From IMG/VR virus record IMGVR_UViG_3300037010_000217: DNA of 64,000 bases; one strand, given 5' to 3'. Numbering within the stretch: the stretch's first letter is position 1; every line of letters begins with the position of its first letter. The notes beneath the pieces were generated by a model. That model made no database searches, had not been told where the DNA came from, and was given only the letters and a program-made list of their open reading frames with translations. Positions 29,401 through 38,452 of the stretch are shown here, one piece after another. The stretch comes from an uncultured virus (IMG/VR IMGVR_UViG_3300037010_000217) (Duplodnaviria; Heunggongvirae; Uroviricota; Caudoviricetes). A program made the position numbers and the translations under genes.

Positions 29401-30615
29401 GAACTCCAGAAGATCTATAGAGACAATCCTACACGTAAGCATGAGTTTACGTTAGTACATGGTGAAGAGAAGAATGCTGATGGGTCTCCTAACGAGACCT
29501 TAGAATACTATCGTATGTTACCTAGTGCTACTAGACAGCTTATACCAAACGGTATTCATGTGCCTAAAGCAGCTATTAACATACTGTTTGGTGGTAGAAA
29601 AATCTCTTTAGCAGACACTTGGTTAGTTAATTATGCTCAAGAGAAGTTCCCTGATTTCCCAATTAAGAAATGGGTGTCTACAGCTCAAACTGTTTGGCAA
29701 GAAATCGTAGCTTCAGATAAGACATTTATCGTAATAAAGTCACCTAAAGTAGTAGTTAACAACACAATCTCTAATACTAATATCTTATTAGTAGAAGGTC
29801 TAGCTCCTGTAGATATACAGAAGTATTACACAGATGCATTTACACACATCAGAGCTTATGAGAAGGCTATGCAAGAGTTGTATGCTATTAAAGCTAAGAT
29901 TAACTCTACAACATTACAACCTCATAGCATACAGGTAATGCAGTCTAGAGCTAATGTATTAGAGAAGCAAGTTAAGGCTAACCCTATATATGAGTTAGTA
30001 GAAGCTGGCATGTACCAGACAGTAGCTGAAGATGCATCTACTCTTCAATATGGTTACATGGATGATCTAGGTAACTATATTAAAAAGAATGCTCAAGAAA
30101 TTGTTGGCAAAGCTGCTACAGATTTCGGAGAAGCTGTGTTTAATAACGTAATGCTCACAGGTAATAGTCCTGTGTTTAAATTACTAAATAAAGCTACTCA
30201 GTATAGTGATTTGATCGCTAGATATGCATTAATGCAACATCTAGGTAAAGATAAGAGTATGTCCAAAGAAGCACGTAATAAGATAGTATTAGATACATTT
30301 ATTAACTATGATTTGCCAGATCCTAAGTCATTAACATTTCTTAATGATATGGGCTTTATGATGTTTACAAAGTTTTTTGTAGGTATTCAAAAAGTTATTG
30401 CAAGACAAGCTAAGAAGCGTACAGCAAGCCTAGCATTAGACTTAGCTGTACAAACATTCCCAGGATTGGATTTAGATGACATTACAGAAAGTTCTATTTT
30501 CTTTAAGAACTATGCTCAAATGATACATTTAAATCCACTGGATCACCTGGAGCATTTTACAACTCCAGGCTTATATCAAACAGTTAAACAAACTACAGAT
30601 ATGCTTATCCCATAG
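26428..30615 (+). CDS. Separate gene for the vRNAP C-terminal region, with zincin-like HExxH domain
   Basis: 'HELLH...EFLAYGLTN'; end 'QYSDLIARY...FINYD...LNDMGFMMF' resembles N4 gp50 C-terminus; TAATG overlap and AAGGTG RBS. Confidence 0.8.
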   Translation: MACNDLVAAVKAAVSDGDNSVTGFSLYDAIQVARLFEHQKLLGQVAAESATYVSDSLGTKASFKGWAVDSEETRAIREKRSEDFKKANKEDTSKTESDTSKSNYKPKTRNGGLVSKLLAGLIKADSNFVFRRVKSAEDTPYKGYAYRRKSKVAGKPSPTKSVTIRRKPKPDTSKSSAFDTDGFGMPIETLRVTQDTLNETYAVVSTLDNLSISTEHAEHLNNINNSLITQGFGRLGEVIVEVMRSNGIMNGGEFNYATKVSKLYASTASKLLPGMSLREAHIHELLHGVLPPLLLEDSKLLTELSNFHALAAKTLNKNGKGYEIFLHKDASGNPVYLTDKAEEIKAARETWDYIFNSTDVKGSNKINSGLLEFLAYGLTNENMVNALKNMADTTTTTSAIAESLTPKGDSIFSRIVKAILTAVDRLVNVLSKNNSANGYEKLYGIATAMINQQNAVQENRIEAVLKNTGINILNEKMLEPLNNKVSKLVKDANVDRFLDFVSNTSASTPISSSSKDTLTATQKSMYRAAYIKTAMAMTNASYLQANTQASYINSWEDVARSNSFLMHEAVNGIGLIGHLSRALRNEHPLLEPIIKLHSMAKAKREVVRKHFGDTAMNEFDNAWLFPLTETDKEVVGRASFATDMQSLTKYYTHKEIREFIDSPQSLKTKIYSLQSTIEHLVPNTAHSTALINQAKSIGYLMVDNKTPLANSARNIDVAINTTIKTFGKNKSIAENRASIYKAMDSLATLVAYSRLDDSTQTSYKAIWDREFSKSNTHNGITNMHLMLNSYAEQSKKSLFKNSNALLTKGHYPQMYAKHIEYTVADVSKSLELRKQGWEPTGKRMQDPISGVDKEFYTKRINSNDALTSGVFGVDSFHSRGTKLSDLLIQNQGFDAAKIRAYIDELTYKQTQLAKNQNTLGLFAKDAKGASHRYVPIRDANSNIVDYAIVMNDVEQVKYLGKSYNASNLIQSMYMTNASKEATMELNPVVVKELQKIYRDNPTRKHEFTLVHGEEKNADGSPNETLEYYRMLPSATRQLIPNGIHVPKAAINILFGGRKISLADTWLVNYAQEKFPDFPIKKWVSTAQTVWQEIVASDKTFIVIKSPKVVVNNTISNTNILLVEGLAPVDIQKYYTDAFTHIRAYEKAMQELYAIKAKINSTTLQPHSIQVMQSRANVLEKQVKANPIYELVEAGMYQTVAEDASTLQYGYMDDLGNYIKKNAQEIVGKAATDFGEAVFNNVMLTGNSPVFKLLNKATQYSDLIARYALMQHLGKDKSMSKEARNKIVLDTFINYDLPDPKSLTFLNDMGFMMFTKFFVGIQKVIARQAKKRTASLALDLAVQTFPGLDLDDITESSIFFKNYAQMIHLNPLDHLEHFTTPGLYQTVKQTTDMLIP

Positions 30616-30901
30616 TTGGGATTTGCAGACCTTGGTATACATGTTCGTAGTTGATAAACTCTTCTGCGAACAAATTATCACCTACATTAATTTGATCCAA
30701 CAAGTCATTGATAGTAGCTTTCATCATATTACTATAAGCTGTAGTAATATCTGAAGGAGCTTCTTCTTTATGAAGTGTACGGAATACTTGTGAGTACTCG
30801 AAACCATTGTCTAACATAATATAGACAGTAGTTAAAGAGTTACCCACTGAAGGGATAATTTGAGAAAAAATTACGCGAGAAATTAGGGAATCGAAATCCA
30901 T
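30605..30901 (-). CDS. Hypothetical protein, distant Gp49-like
   Basis: 'LTTVYIMLDNGFEY' resembles the phage Gp49/66 core; AAGGA RBS. Confidence 0.4.
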   Translation of the reverse strand: MDFDSLISRVIFSQIIPSVGNSLTTVYIMLDNGFEYSQVFRTLHKEEAPSDITTAYSNMMKATINDLLDQINVGDNLFAEEFINYEHVYQGLQIPTMG

Positions 30902-30915
30902 TTAGAAGTCCTTGT

Positions 30916-31053
30916 TTAAGTTGAAAAATCAGATACTACGATAAGTGCTATTACACCAGAAGCGAGTATCCATAGGATAGGTTTTATAAAAAATACGAAT
31001 AAACCAATCATAATAAGAATAAAGAATACCAGTATAAATAACAAATAACGCAT
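30916..31053 (-). CDS. 45-aa hydrophobic peptide missing from the ORF track
   Basis: MRYLLFILVFFILIMIGLFVFFIKPILWILASGVIALIVVSDFST; fills the gap between neighbouring genes. Confidence 0.6.
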   Translation of the reverse strand: MRYLLFILVFFILIMIGLFVFFIKPILWILASGVIALIVVSDFST

Positions 31054-31063
31054 GTAAGTGACC

Positions 31064-31465
31064 TTAAGTTAATGCAATTACTTCTATTTCTACTCTTGGA
31101 TTAAGCTTATCTTGACCGCCTACTATGGCAGATTCCTTTACACAATGCTGAACGTTATCATTTACAACTGTACCGTAAGTTTGTAGAGCATCGTTAGTAA
31201 ATTTACTGGTAAGACTAACTACATTCATGAGATCACTGACACTACTTTTATAGTAGTATGTGTATGTGATTTCATATTTACCTAGTATTTTAGGTGGGTT
31301 AGCCTTTAGTAACTGATCTAATATGAGCCATTCAAAATGAGCTTTTATCTTATTCTTAAGATGATAGTGTATATTTCTATACATATTCATACCTACAAAA
31401 TGAGTCTTAGTAGGCTTAGTTTTAAATACCTCATCATAGTAGACAGGTAAGTTTAGTTTAATCAT
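31064..31465 (-). CDS. RusA-like Holliday junction resolvase
   Basis: 'MNMYRNIHY', 'DLMNVVS..KF..DAL...G.V.NDN', 'DKLNPRVEIEV'. Confidence 0.75.
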   Translation of the reverse strand: MIKLNLPVYYDEVFKTKPTKTHFVGMNMYRNIHYHLKNKIKAHFEWLILDQLLKANPPKILGKYEITYTYYYKSSVSDLMNVVSLTSKFTNDALQTYGTVVNDNVQHCVKESAIVGGQDKLNPRVEIEVIALT

Positions 31466-31731
31466 GCTGCGAGTAGATCATAGAATAGTTCACGAACAGC
31501 TTCAGATTGCTCATCAATGTTACAAATGTTACGCATGGCATCTATTACAGAAGCAGATCTTAGACGTGCATAATCATCTGGTGTAGGATCCGTAATACAC
31601 AAAGCGAATTGTGATGAACCTACCATTTCAAAGCCTGTAGTCAATGTAATGACCGTAATAGCTGTATTATGGCTTTTAGATAAAGTTGTATCTACCCTAG
31701 CGATTTCAACATCTAACGGTAAGTACATCAT
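31462..31731 (-). CDS. Gp49/66-like small protein
   Basis: 'TAITVITLTTGFEMVGSS' core. Confidence 0.45.
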   Translation of the reverse strand: MMYLPLDVEIARVDTTLSKSHNTAITVITLTTGFEMVGSSQFALCITDPTPDDYARLRSASVIDAMRNICNIDEQSEAVRELFYDLLAA

Positions 31732-31916
31732 TGTTTTGTACCTAGAGCTTCATCAGCTTTAAGCAAATCACGCTTAGCTTCTACAGCAAGTTTTTGAATA
31801 TTTAAAACAGTATTGCGCATACGCTTAGATTCAGCTTTTGTTGGTTTAGCTGTGTACTTATCATTTTGAGCAATAAGTTGTTTAACAGCTTCCAGTAATA
31901 AATTAAAGTTGTTCAT
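31728..31916 (-). CDS. Small helical-hairpin protein (histone H1/Hc1-like)
   Basis: 'KPTKAESKRMRNTVLNIQKLAVEAKRD' resembles the 'GNKAAG.RARK..LE..KL.KE.R' family. Confidence 0.5.
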   Translation of the reverse strand: MNNFNLLLEAVKQLIAQNDKYTAKPTKAESKRMRNTVLNIQKLAVEAKRDLLKADEALGTKQ

Positions 31917-31937
31917 ATATGTGTTTCCTTCTGATAA

Positions 31938-32162
31938 TTAAAAAGAGGTTGGTTTAGCGACACTACGGACGAGTGCCATAATACCAGTTTGTAAATCTTT
32001 ACGTCCAATAAATAACCAACGTTTATCGGTTACGTCTGTATCTATTAAACGCTGAATTAGTGTCTCAAGTGTTTGTCCCACTTGTTTGATATCATTCATC
32101 AAGTCAATCTCTTCTTGGCTCAGTTCCCGATACCCTTGGATTAAACGATGTTGATTTTCCAT
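31938..32162 (-). CDS. acb2: Anti-CBASS sponge protein Acb2-like
   Basis: 'MENQHRLIQGYRELSQEEIDLMN.IK...RWLFIGRKDLQTGIMALVRSVAKPTSF' closely follows the Acb2 pattern as I recall it. Confidence 0.85.
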   Translation of the reverse strand: MENQHRLIQGYRELSQEEIDLMNDIKQVGQTLETLIQRLIDTDVTDKRWLFIGRKDLQTGIMALVRSVAKPTSF

Positions 32163-32663
32163 CTAGTTCTTCTCTACTACATACCAGTCATCAGCAAGTA
32201 CATCTGTCTGACTTGCCAACCAAGGTACATTAGCGTTTAAGTGATTAGAAGGGGCATTATCACTTGCAGGCGTAGCTGGATAATGAAGATACATATAAGG
32301 CAAAGTCATGTCTGAGCCTTCTATTGGTTGTTTCACAGAAACCGTTAAACCTTTACCATTCCAACCCTTCCGTGCAATACTATGACCTTGCTTCGCAAGT
32401 TCTAACGCTAGTCCAAAAGGTAATGTATCATGTATGCTATGATAGGCATCATCAAATACATGTTTAGGTGACCATGAAATATAACCCTCATGTCCTGAAA
32501 CATTAGATGCTTCACCTTCACGAGGTTCGTATTCAACTAAGTACCCATCATCATCATATTGTTCATCGGATGGTAGTGTCCATCCACGATACTCATTGTA
32601 TGCCCCTCGTGTCATAGGGGTAGCTTTAATACTCTTTAACCCAATATGTGTTGTGGTATACAT
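32163..32663 (-). CDS. tad2: DUF2829/Tad2-like Thoeris anti-defence protein with an extra N-terminal domain
   Basis: 'FGLALELAKQG..IARKGWNGKG...PY.Y...VPWLASQTDVLADDW'. Confidence 0.8.
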   Translation of the reverse strand: MYTTTHIGLKSIKATPMTRGAYNEYRGWTLPSDEQYDDDGYLVEYEPREGEASNVSGHEGYISWSPKHVFDDAYHSIHDTLPFGLALELAKQGHSIARKGWNGKGLTVSVKQPIEGSDMTLPYMYLHYPATPASDNAPSNHLNANVPWLASQTDVLADDWYVVEKN

Positions 32664-32855
32664 TTAGTCCTTCTCCAATTCTGCTAATAGCGCATGTGCA
32701 ACTCGCACTGAGTATACAGCTATAGATTCTACGCTAATATCACTGTCATCTTCTGTCATCGATGCTACAAAGCCTTGCATTGCCATTGCTGCAAACATCT
32801 CACGCTTAGACATTCCACTAGCCGCTTCATACGCACTTTCAAGATCTTCACCCAT
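32664..32855 (-). CDS. Conserved small phage protein
   Basis: 'GMSKREMFAAMAMQG...A..LLAEL' motif. Confidence 0.7.
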   Translation of the reverse strand: MGEDLESAYEAASGMSKREMFAAMAMQGFVASMTEDDSDISVESIAVYSVRVAHALLAELEKD

Positions 32856-32883
32856 CTCATTTCCTCTTAGTAATGTGTTGATA

Positions 32884-32958
32884 TGGTAGGACCGCAGGGA
32901 CTTGAACCCTGATTAAACGATTATGAGTCGCCTATTCTAACCTTTGAATTACAGTCCT
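32884..32958 (-). tRNA. tRNA with CAU anticodon, probably Ile2 (lysidine type) rather than Met
   Basis: Cloverleaf with encoded CCA; anticodon arm GGCGA-CTCATAA-TCGTT resembles ileX. Confidence 0.85.
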
Positions 32959-32961
32959 ATA

Positions 32962-33378
32962 TTAGTTACCGACAAACCTAGTTTTAATACCGCTATCTTG
33001 TAGTAGTTTTAAACCAAGAGTATCTTTATAGTACTCATTAAAGTACACAGTTTTAATTCCTGCCTGAATAATCAACAAAGCGCAGTTTATGCATGGACTT
33101 AGAGTCACAAACATAATAGCTTTGTCTGTTGAATGACCTAACTTAGCTGCTTTAGAAATAGCATTAAGTTCTGCGTGTATTGTTGTAGACTTAGTAATAC
33201 CTTCTGAGTCTTCACAACAGTTATCCATACCTCTAGGACTTCCGTTAAAGCCGTAGGCAAGGATATTACTAGCATCTTCTGAAACTAGTACTGCTCCGAC
33301 TTTGCGTCTTTTACAGTGACTTCTAGAGGCCACTAATGTAGCCATACTAGAATAGAAAGTTACATCTGATGGTTTCAT
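32962..33378 (-). CDS. dCMP deaminase
   Basis: 'HAELNAI', 'TLSPCINC', 'C.RRKVGAVLV'. Confidence 0.92.
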   Translation of the reverse strand: MKPSDVTFYSSMATLVASRSHCKRRKVGAVLVSEDASNILAYGFNGSPRGMDNCCEDSEGITKSTTIHAELNAISKAAKLGHSTDKAIMFVTLSPCINCALLIIQAGIKTVYFNEYYKDTLGLKLLQDSGIKTRFVGN

Positions 33379-33429
33379 GTCTATTCCTTAGCTAAATATC
33401 CTGAAATATCCTAGAAAAGATATTTAAAT

Positions 33430-33458
33430 AAAAAAGCTCTCTGTTATGAGCAGAGAGC
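33430..33458 (-). terminator. Rho-independent terminator after SSB
   Basis: GCTCTCTG/CAGAGAGC stem followed by a T run on the minus strand. Confidence 0.8.
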
Positions 33459-33483
33459 AAGGCACACTCATGGCAAGTGTTAA

Positions 33484-34224
33484 TTAAGCTTTTTTACCGA
33501 ATTTACTAGCAATAGAAGTTCCGCCTGAAAAAGGTGCAGCTGTAGCTGTAGAAGTCGTAGACGTACCTGTAGCTACTTTAGACTGTACACGTTTATCCTT
33601 AGTACCCAAGTTAGGATTTTCACTGGTAGGTGTATTACGTTCAGCCCATGACTTAATATAAACACCTTCTGTTAAACCAGACTCAAGTTCTACTACAGTA
33701 CAGCCTGTTTCTGTATGAAATACTTTATCGATGTTAAAGACTGTACGTGATTTTGTAGGATCTTTGTACTGATCTTCCAAAGTAGCTGTAACACCTACAG
33801 TAATTTCTTTACCGATTAAATCAACAAGAACTTGTTTAGTAGTAGGTACATCTTTATTAAGATCGTAGTTACGTACCATAACTGTCTTGTCTTCTGGTAC
33901 TAGTTCAAATAATTCTTGATCGGTAGTTAATCGAGCAATATCATTCATGGTAGTAAAGCTAGGTAAGTACTTCTGAGCACCTGATTGTTTGTCGATATAG
34001 TAGTGTTTTTTACCTTTTTCACGACCAGATGTTACATACTCTTTAGTACTAAGTGTAGCACCTGTTGAAGATACTAATTTCAGTACTACTGCCAAAGCCT
34101 CGCTAGCAGATTCTTCTAAATAAGCCATTTCGATAGTCATATTATGAATACCTGGGGCCATTTTAGTACGTTCAGATGCAACTTCAATATCTGCGCTACG
34201 TTTTAAATTAGCTAATAGTGACAT
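33484..34224 (-). CDS. ssb: N4 gp45-like single-stranded DNA-binding protein
   Basis: 'Y.TSG.EKG.K.YYIDK...KYLPSF', basic/aromatic C-terminus; synteny. Confidence 0.8.
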   Translation of the reverse strand: MSLLANLKRSADIEVASERTKMAPGIHNMTIEMAYLEESASEALAVVLKLVSSTGATLSTKEYVTSGREKGKKHYYIDKQSGAQKYLPSFTTMNDIARLTTDQELFELVPEDKTVMVRNYDLNKDVPTTKQVLVDLIGKEITVGVTATLEDQYKDPTKSRTVFNIDKVFHTETGCTVVELESGLTEGVYIKSWAERNTPTSENPNLGTKDKRVQSKVATGTSTTSTATAAPFSGGTSIASKFGKKA

Positions 34225-34280
34225 AGTGGAATTCCTTGTAATTGATAAAGTTTAGTTTGTAAAATTGTTGAGAGTTGGAG

Positions 34281-35030
34281 TTAATCGTAGTATTCGTGCA
34301 AACGATCAATAACATATTGTAAATTGTTATCAATAAATGTTTCGTCGATAGACCACATTTTCATTGGGCTACGAATACGTTCATTTACAGTTTCTTTAGT
34401 TAAGCGTGTTTGAAATACATACTTAAAGCCTAAAGCTTCTTCTTCTGGAGTAATCTCCAGTAATGGGTTAGTAGCTTTCAACTGTTTCATAGATACTTTT
34501 TTAGTACTAATTACAGTAGAAAAGAAAGCTTCTACACCAGCATTAGCTAACGAACCTTTAACAGGTACTTTAGTTTCTAATACCATTTCAGATTCATTCA
34601 TAATCTGACGTGTATGTGCTAAAAAGATCACATTCTTAGTAGATTTAGCTACAGTTTGAAGCATTAGATTCCTAAGAAACTGTGCATAATCGCCCCATGC
34701 TTTCATAGTATTTGCACTATTAATAACATAAGTGGATTCAAACATGTCCATCAGAAATGTTAAAGTATCTACTACAATAGTATGAATATGAGGCATCTCT
34801 TCAGCAGCTGCGAATCCTTGGATTATCTCCAACGGATCTGTAATTTGATACTCATCAAATTTACTTTTAAATGGTAATTTTTTAGATTCACAATTTAAGT
34901 ACATTACACCTTCTGGATCTTTAAGACCCATAAGACATGCACTTTTACCTGTTGCAGAAGCACCACTAATCAATACTAAGTGGTCATTCTGGATATCGTC
35001 TTCTTCTTGTGTATTTGAGTTATCACTCAT
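34281..35030 (-). CDS. Sak4-like AAA ATPase (N4 gp44-like)
   Basis: Walker A 'GASATGKS', 'YLNCES', 'VVDTLT'. Confidence 0.85.
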   Translation of the reverse strand: MSDNSNTQEEDDIQNDHLVLISGASATGKSACLMGLKDPEGVMYLNCESKKLPFKSKFDEYQITDPLEIIQGFAAAEEMPHIHTIVVDTLTFLMDMFESTYVINSANTMKAWGDYAQFLRNLMLQTVAKSTKNVIFLAHTRQIMNESEMVLETKVPVKGSLANAGVEAFFSTVISTKKVSMKQLKATNPLLEITPEEEALGFKYVFQTRLTKETVNERIRSPMKMWSIDETFIDNNLQYVIDRLHEYYD

Positions 35031-37153
35031 CCACGTTTCTCCATATATTTACGATGTACGCTAACCATCACTGTTGTATCTAATTCAGATACAGGCAAAG
35101 GTTTAGGTAATTTGCTGTTAAACTCATTGATAGCAGACTTAATTACATCTAAGTCATAACCTTTATCTACTAGTGCATAAGCATATTTAATGAGGGTATT
35201 ACTTCTACTGCCTTCTGTGGCTTTAGATGCGAACCAGCGTTCCAAATTATTTAGATTACTATGTTCATTAATAAAAGTAGCTTGTTCATCGGCTTTCTTT
35301 GTCTTAGGAATAAACAAAGTAGCATCGAATAACATACCATCATTGTAATAATACGTACCTGGATTAGTAGCCCATTTACGAGCATAATCAGCAGTAGCTT
35401 CATCTACCTTAAACGGTAACCAGTCAAATACGTTAGCCATAAAAGCTTTATAGGCTTCTTGGTCAAGTAAGAGCTTGTGAGTCATAGGTAGAATGATTCT
35501 GAATCTGTTAACAGCATCTGTATGGCGTTTAGTTGTGTAGATCAGATACTTATAATCTTGCAATAAGATTTTAACTGTATCAATGGATGTACCACTATCT
35601 ACATCTAAAACTACCATATCAAACCCTGGTATAACACTTTCAGAATTTCTGTAGCCATTACGTAAGTGATGTGCTGTGAAATGTAAATTATCACTACAAA
35701 CCAACTCATGTAAATCATTCCAGTTAGCTAATACATTTTCATAACCAGTAGTGATATTGTCACTATAAGCTAGTGTGACTTCTTCTAGATTAGTCTCTTT
35801 TAGAGATTCACCTTTAAAGAACTCAACTGTATTATCAAAACTTCGAGTAATAACAATATTATGTTTATACCCATAAGCAATCGCTAAGTTCATTAGATCA
35901 CGTCTACGAGATTCAGCACCATTATAGAATGGTAAATCTTCAAGTAGATCAGCATGTGTTACTGGATGTTCTACATTAGCTAAGTATTTAGCCAGTTTAA
36001 TGTAAGGCTTCTCACGATACATAATAGACTTAAATGCTTCACCTGAATCTTCTGCTAACTGAATTGCACAATCTAAGTGATGTTGACTAATAGACTTAGC
36101 CTTATCAATAAATGCATATGCACCAGCTAACTTAAGCGCTTTATAATAACGATGAGTTAGTTCAGCTTTTAAAGCTTCTTTATGCTCTGGGATAGTCTCT
36201 GCTAGACGTTCACAATTAATCTTATACTCAATAAGTTTAAGACTAGTAGCTTTGTCCATACTGAGAGCTACATTATAGTACTGAGAGTCTGCTAACTCAT
36301 TAAACCAGTCTGTAATGTCTTGTACAGATGTAACCATAGCAGTAGATGTCATTGCATCATATACTTCATCTGGTGTACGTGTATCGGCTTTACGAGCTGA
36401 CTGAGTGTATGCAAAATACATACGTCTAGCATAACCAGTACGAAGTAAATCATCAAATTCTTCCTCTGTTTTAGAAGCATTTAATAACTTGCTAGGAGTC
36501 CCAAACATAAGTAGATTAGCTGGACTTGCACCATTCATCTCTATAGAACGTTTGTTCTCTGCAGTACTTTTAGTAATTTTTTGCTTAATAAGACCTTTAT
36601 CAAATAACGATAAGTAATCTACTAAAGCTTCCATATTACCAGCTAGGTTAGAACCTACTTCATCAACAATTAAGTTTAATGAACCAGTACGAGCCATTAG
36701 AAGCTTTCTACGAAGTTGTTTGATAGCAGCACTAGTGGCACTATCAAAAGTAAATGGTAGAGTCCCTAGACCTTCATACTCACTGGTTAAATTATCTAAG
36801 ATACGATCTGGATCATCACCAGTAGATGATGCTATCTTTAGTGCAATAGCATTAAGGTTTTTAGCAGCATTCACATTAAAGACTTCATCCATAAAATCAT
36901 CTTTAAAGGGTTCTACTAGCAACTCTTCAAGAGTAGTCATGGTAAATGTTTTACCTGCTCCTGAAGGTTGTAAAGCCAATGCATAAAGATTTACTGGAAT
37001 AGTACCTCTATCATGTGTCTTAATCTCTGTACGCATCATAGAAGCAATTAAAGACATATAATAAGCTGTCATGATACGAAAGAAGTGTCGATCTTCTCCA
37101 CCAGTACGTCCTGCCAGCACATCTACAATCTGTTCTGAACGTGCATGGTACAT
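35027..37153 (-). CDS. N4 gp43-like primase with N-terminal P-loop domain
   Basis: 'PSGAGKT', 'DEVGSNL', 'VVLDVD', 'YTTKRHT...RFRIILP', C-terminal 'GSRSNTL'. Confidence 0.85.
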   Translation of the reverse strand: MYHARSEQIVDVLAGRTGGEDRHFFRIMTAYYMSLIASMMRTEIKTHDRGTIPVNLYALALQPSGAGKTFTMTTLEELLVEPFKDDFMDEVFNVNAAKNLNAIALKIASSTGDDPDRILDNLTSEYEGLGTLPFTFDSATSAAIKQLRRKLLMARTGSLNLIVDEVGSNLAGNMEALVDYLSLFDKGLIKQKITKSTAENKRSIEMNGASPANLLMFGTPSKLLNASKTEEEFDDLLRTGYARRMYFAYTQSARKADTRTPDEVYDAMTSTAMVTSVQDITDWFNELADSQYYNVALSMDKATSLKLIEYKINCERLAETIPEHKEALKAELTHRYYKALKLAGAYAFIDKAKSISQHHLDCAIQLAEDSGEAFKSIMYREKPYIKLAKYLANVEHPVTHADLLEDLPFYNGAESRRRDLMNLAIAYGYKHNIVITRSFDNTVEFFKGESLKETNLEEVTLAYSDNITTGYENVLANWNDLHELVCSDNLHFTAHHLRNGYRNSESVIPGFDMVVLDVDSGTSIDTVKILLQDYKYLIYTTKRHTDAVNRFRIILPMTHKLLLDQEAYKAFMANVFDWLPFKVDEATADYARKWATNPGTYYYNDGMLFDATLFIPKTKKADEQATFINEHSNLNNLERWFASKATEGSRSNTLIKYAYALVDKGYDLDVIKSAINEFNSKLPKPLPVSELDTTVMVSVHRKYMEKRG

Positions 37154-37154
37154 A

Positions 37155-37514
37155 TTACTCTCCTTTATGTTCTAAAGAACGCATATATTTTGTAATAGCT
37201 ACAGTCCAAGCAGATCTTGATTTATTAGTACCTAAACGCTGATTAAGTTCAGCATACATATCTTCTAAAGTAGCATGAGTAGCATTACCCGCTAGTTTAT
37301 CTTGCTGATACTTCATAAGAGCTGCATATCCTGCAGCAACCTGAAAACTAGTAAGTTTCGATCTATCAGTTTTTTTACGTGATTTAACAGTAGTAGTAGG
37401 TACTAAAGCATCCATTACTTCTGGTTCTTTAGAAAATACTGATTTAATTGAATTCATGATTTTATTTAACATTACAATAGTCCTTGTTGTCTTAATGATT
37501 CTGCCTGTAGGCAT
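37155..37514 (-). CDS. Hypothetical protein (true start probably a downstream Met)
   Basis: Co-oriented ORF filling the gap. Confidence 0.55.
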   Translation of the reverse strand: MPTGRIIKTTRTIVMLNKIMNSIKSVFSKEPEVMDALVPTTTVKSRKKTDRSKLTSFQVAAGYAALMKYQQDKLAGNATHATLEDMYAELNQRLGTNKSRSAWTVAITKYMRSLEHKGE

Positions 37515-38452
37515 ATTGGATTAGCTGAGCAATAATTACATGCTTTAGCTTTACCTTTAACTTCTAACACAATACCTTTACCCATATTTGCTAAATGAGT
37601 ATGAGCACTGAGATAGTCATCAAAGTTCTTAGTAGATCTTCCTAACTTGTTTGGATCAGCATAATATTTATATACTGGTTCACTACGCCATAACTCATCA
37701 TCAGTACAATCTGGCAACTCTTCTTGAGTCATAGATTGTGCTCTTGCTAAGCTATTTAAACGATCTTTAATAAAGCGTTCTGTATCTCTAAGAGACATAA
37801 GCTCATACTTAACAGTCATAAGCTTACTTTGTGGATATCCTTTGTCTCTTTGAGTTTGAGCATTTAGTGCTGACCAATCAGTAAACTGATGGTAAATCTC
37901 CATGTAATCTTGAGTAATAATTGTAGGATTTAACCAGCGATAAATACTCCCTTGTTGGATGTATTTTTCTGCATTGGTTTGGTTCATATAGGTAAATACA
38001 GAAGTATTTTTAAAATCGCCTAGTGTACCATCAATTACAATGTCAAACTTACCTGATAGTGTATATCCAAGGAATTCCTTATTAACACGTTGTTCTATAT
38101 ACACAGGCAACTTATCAGTTAGATCTACATCAGCAGAAGGATTAACTACTACTGAGTTAATGATTTTTGCAGGGTAGCCAGCTAATTTAAATGCTTTTTG
38201 TACTGATTCTGGTGTCATCCATGAACGTTCAATAGCATCATGAATAGCAGTACCAATACGAGAAGCTGTAAGGGTACTAACCTCTACAGCTGCATCAGTA
38301 ATGCGTGAGGTAAGCACAACTTGCTTAAGAGGTTTTAAAAGACCAGTAGCACTTATCTGATTTGGATCATCTGAGTGATCATAGGTATCATGTACTAACC
38401 AAGGTAGCATAGCTAAAGGTACGCCACCTACATTTGTATATTGTATATTCAT
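37472..38452 (-). CDS. PD-(D/E)XK nuclease (N4 gp42-like)
   Basis: 'ISATGLLKP', 'GTAIHDAIE', 'SGKFD...DFKNTS', C-terminal Cys cluster. Confidence 0.8.
   Translation of the reverse strand: MNIQYTNVGGVPLAMLPWLVHDTYDHSDDPNQISATGLLKPLKQVVLTSRITDAAVEVSTLTASRIGTAIHDAIERSWMTPESVQKAFKLAGYPAKIINSVVVNPSADVDLTDKLPVYIEQRVNKEFLGYTLSGKFDIVIDGTLGDFKNTSVFTYMNQTNAEKYIQQGSIYRWLNPTIITQDYMEIYHQFTDWSALNAQTQRDKGYPQSKLMTVKYELMSLRDTERFIKDRLNSLARAQSMTQEELPDCTDDELWRSEPVYKYYADPNKLGRSTKNFDDYLSAHTHLANMGKGIVLEVKGKAKACNYCSANPICLQAESLRQQGLL

Noticed and set aside
37472..38452. Cas4 as part of a CRISPR system
   Set aside because: It is the standard PD-(D/E)XK nuclease of the N4 replication block; no array or other cas genes
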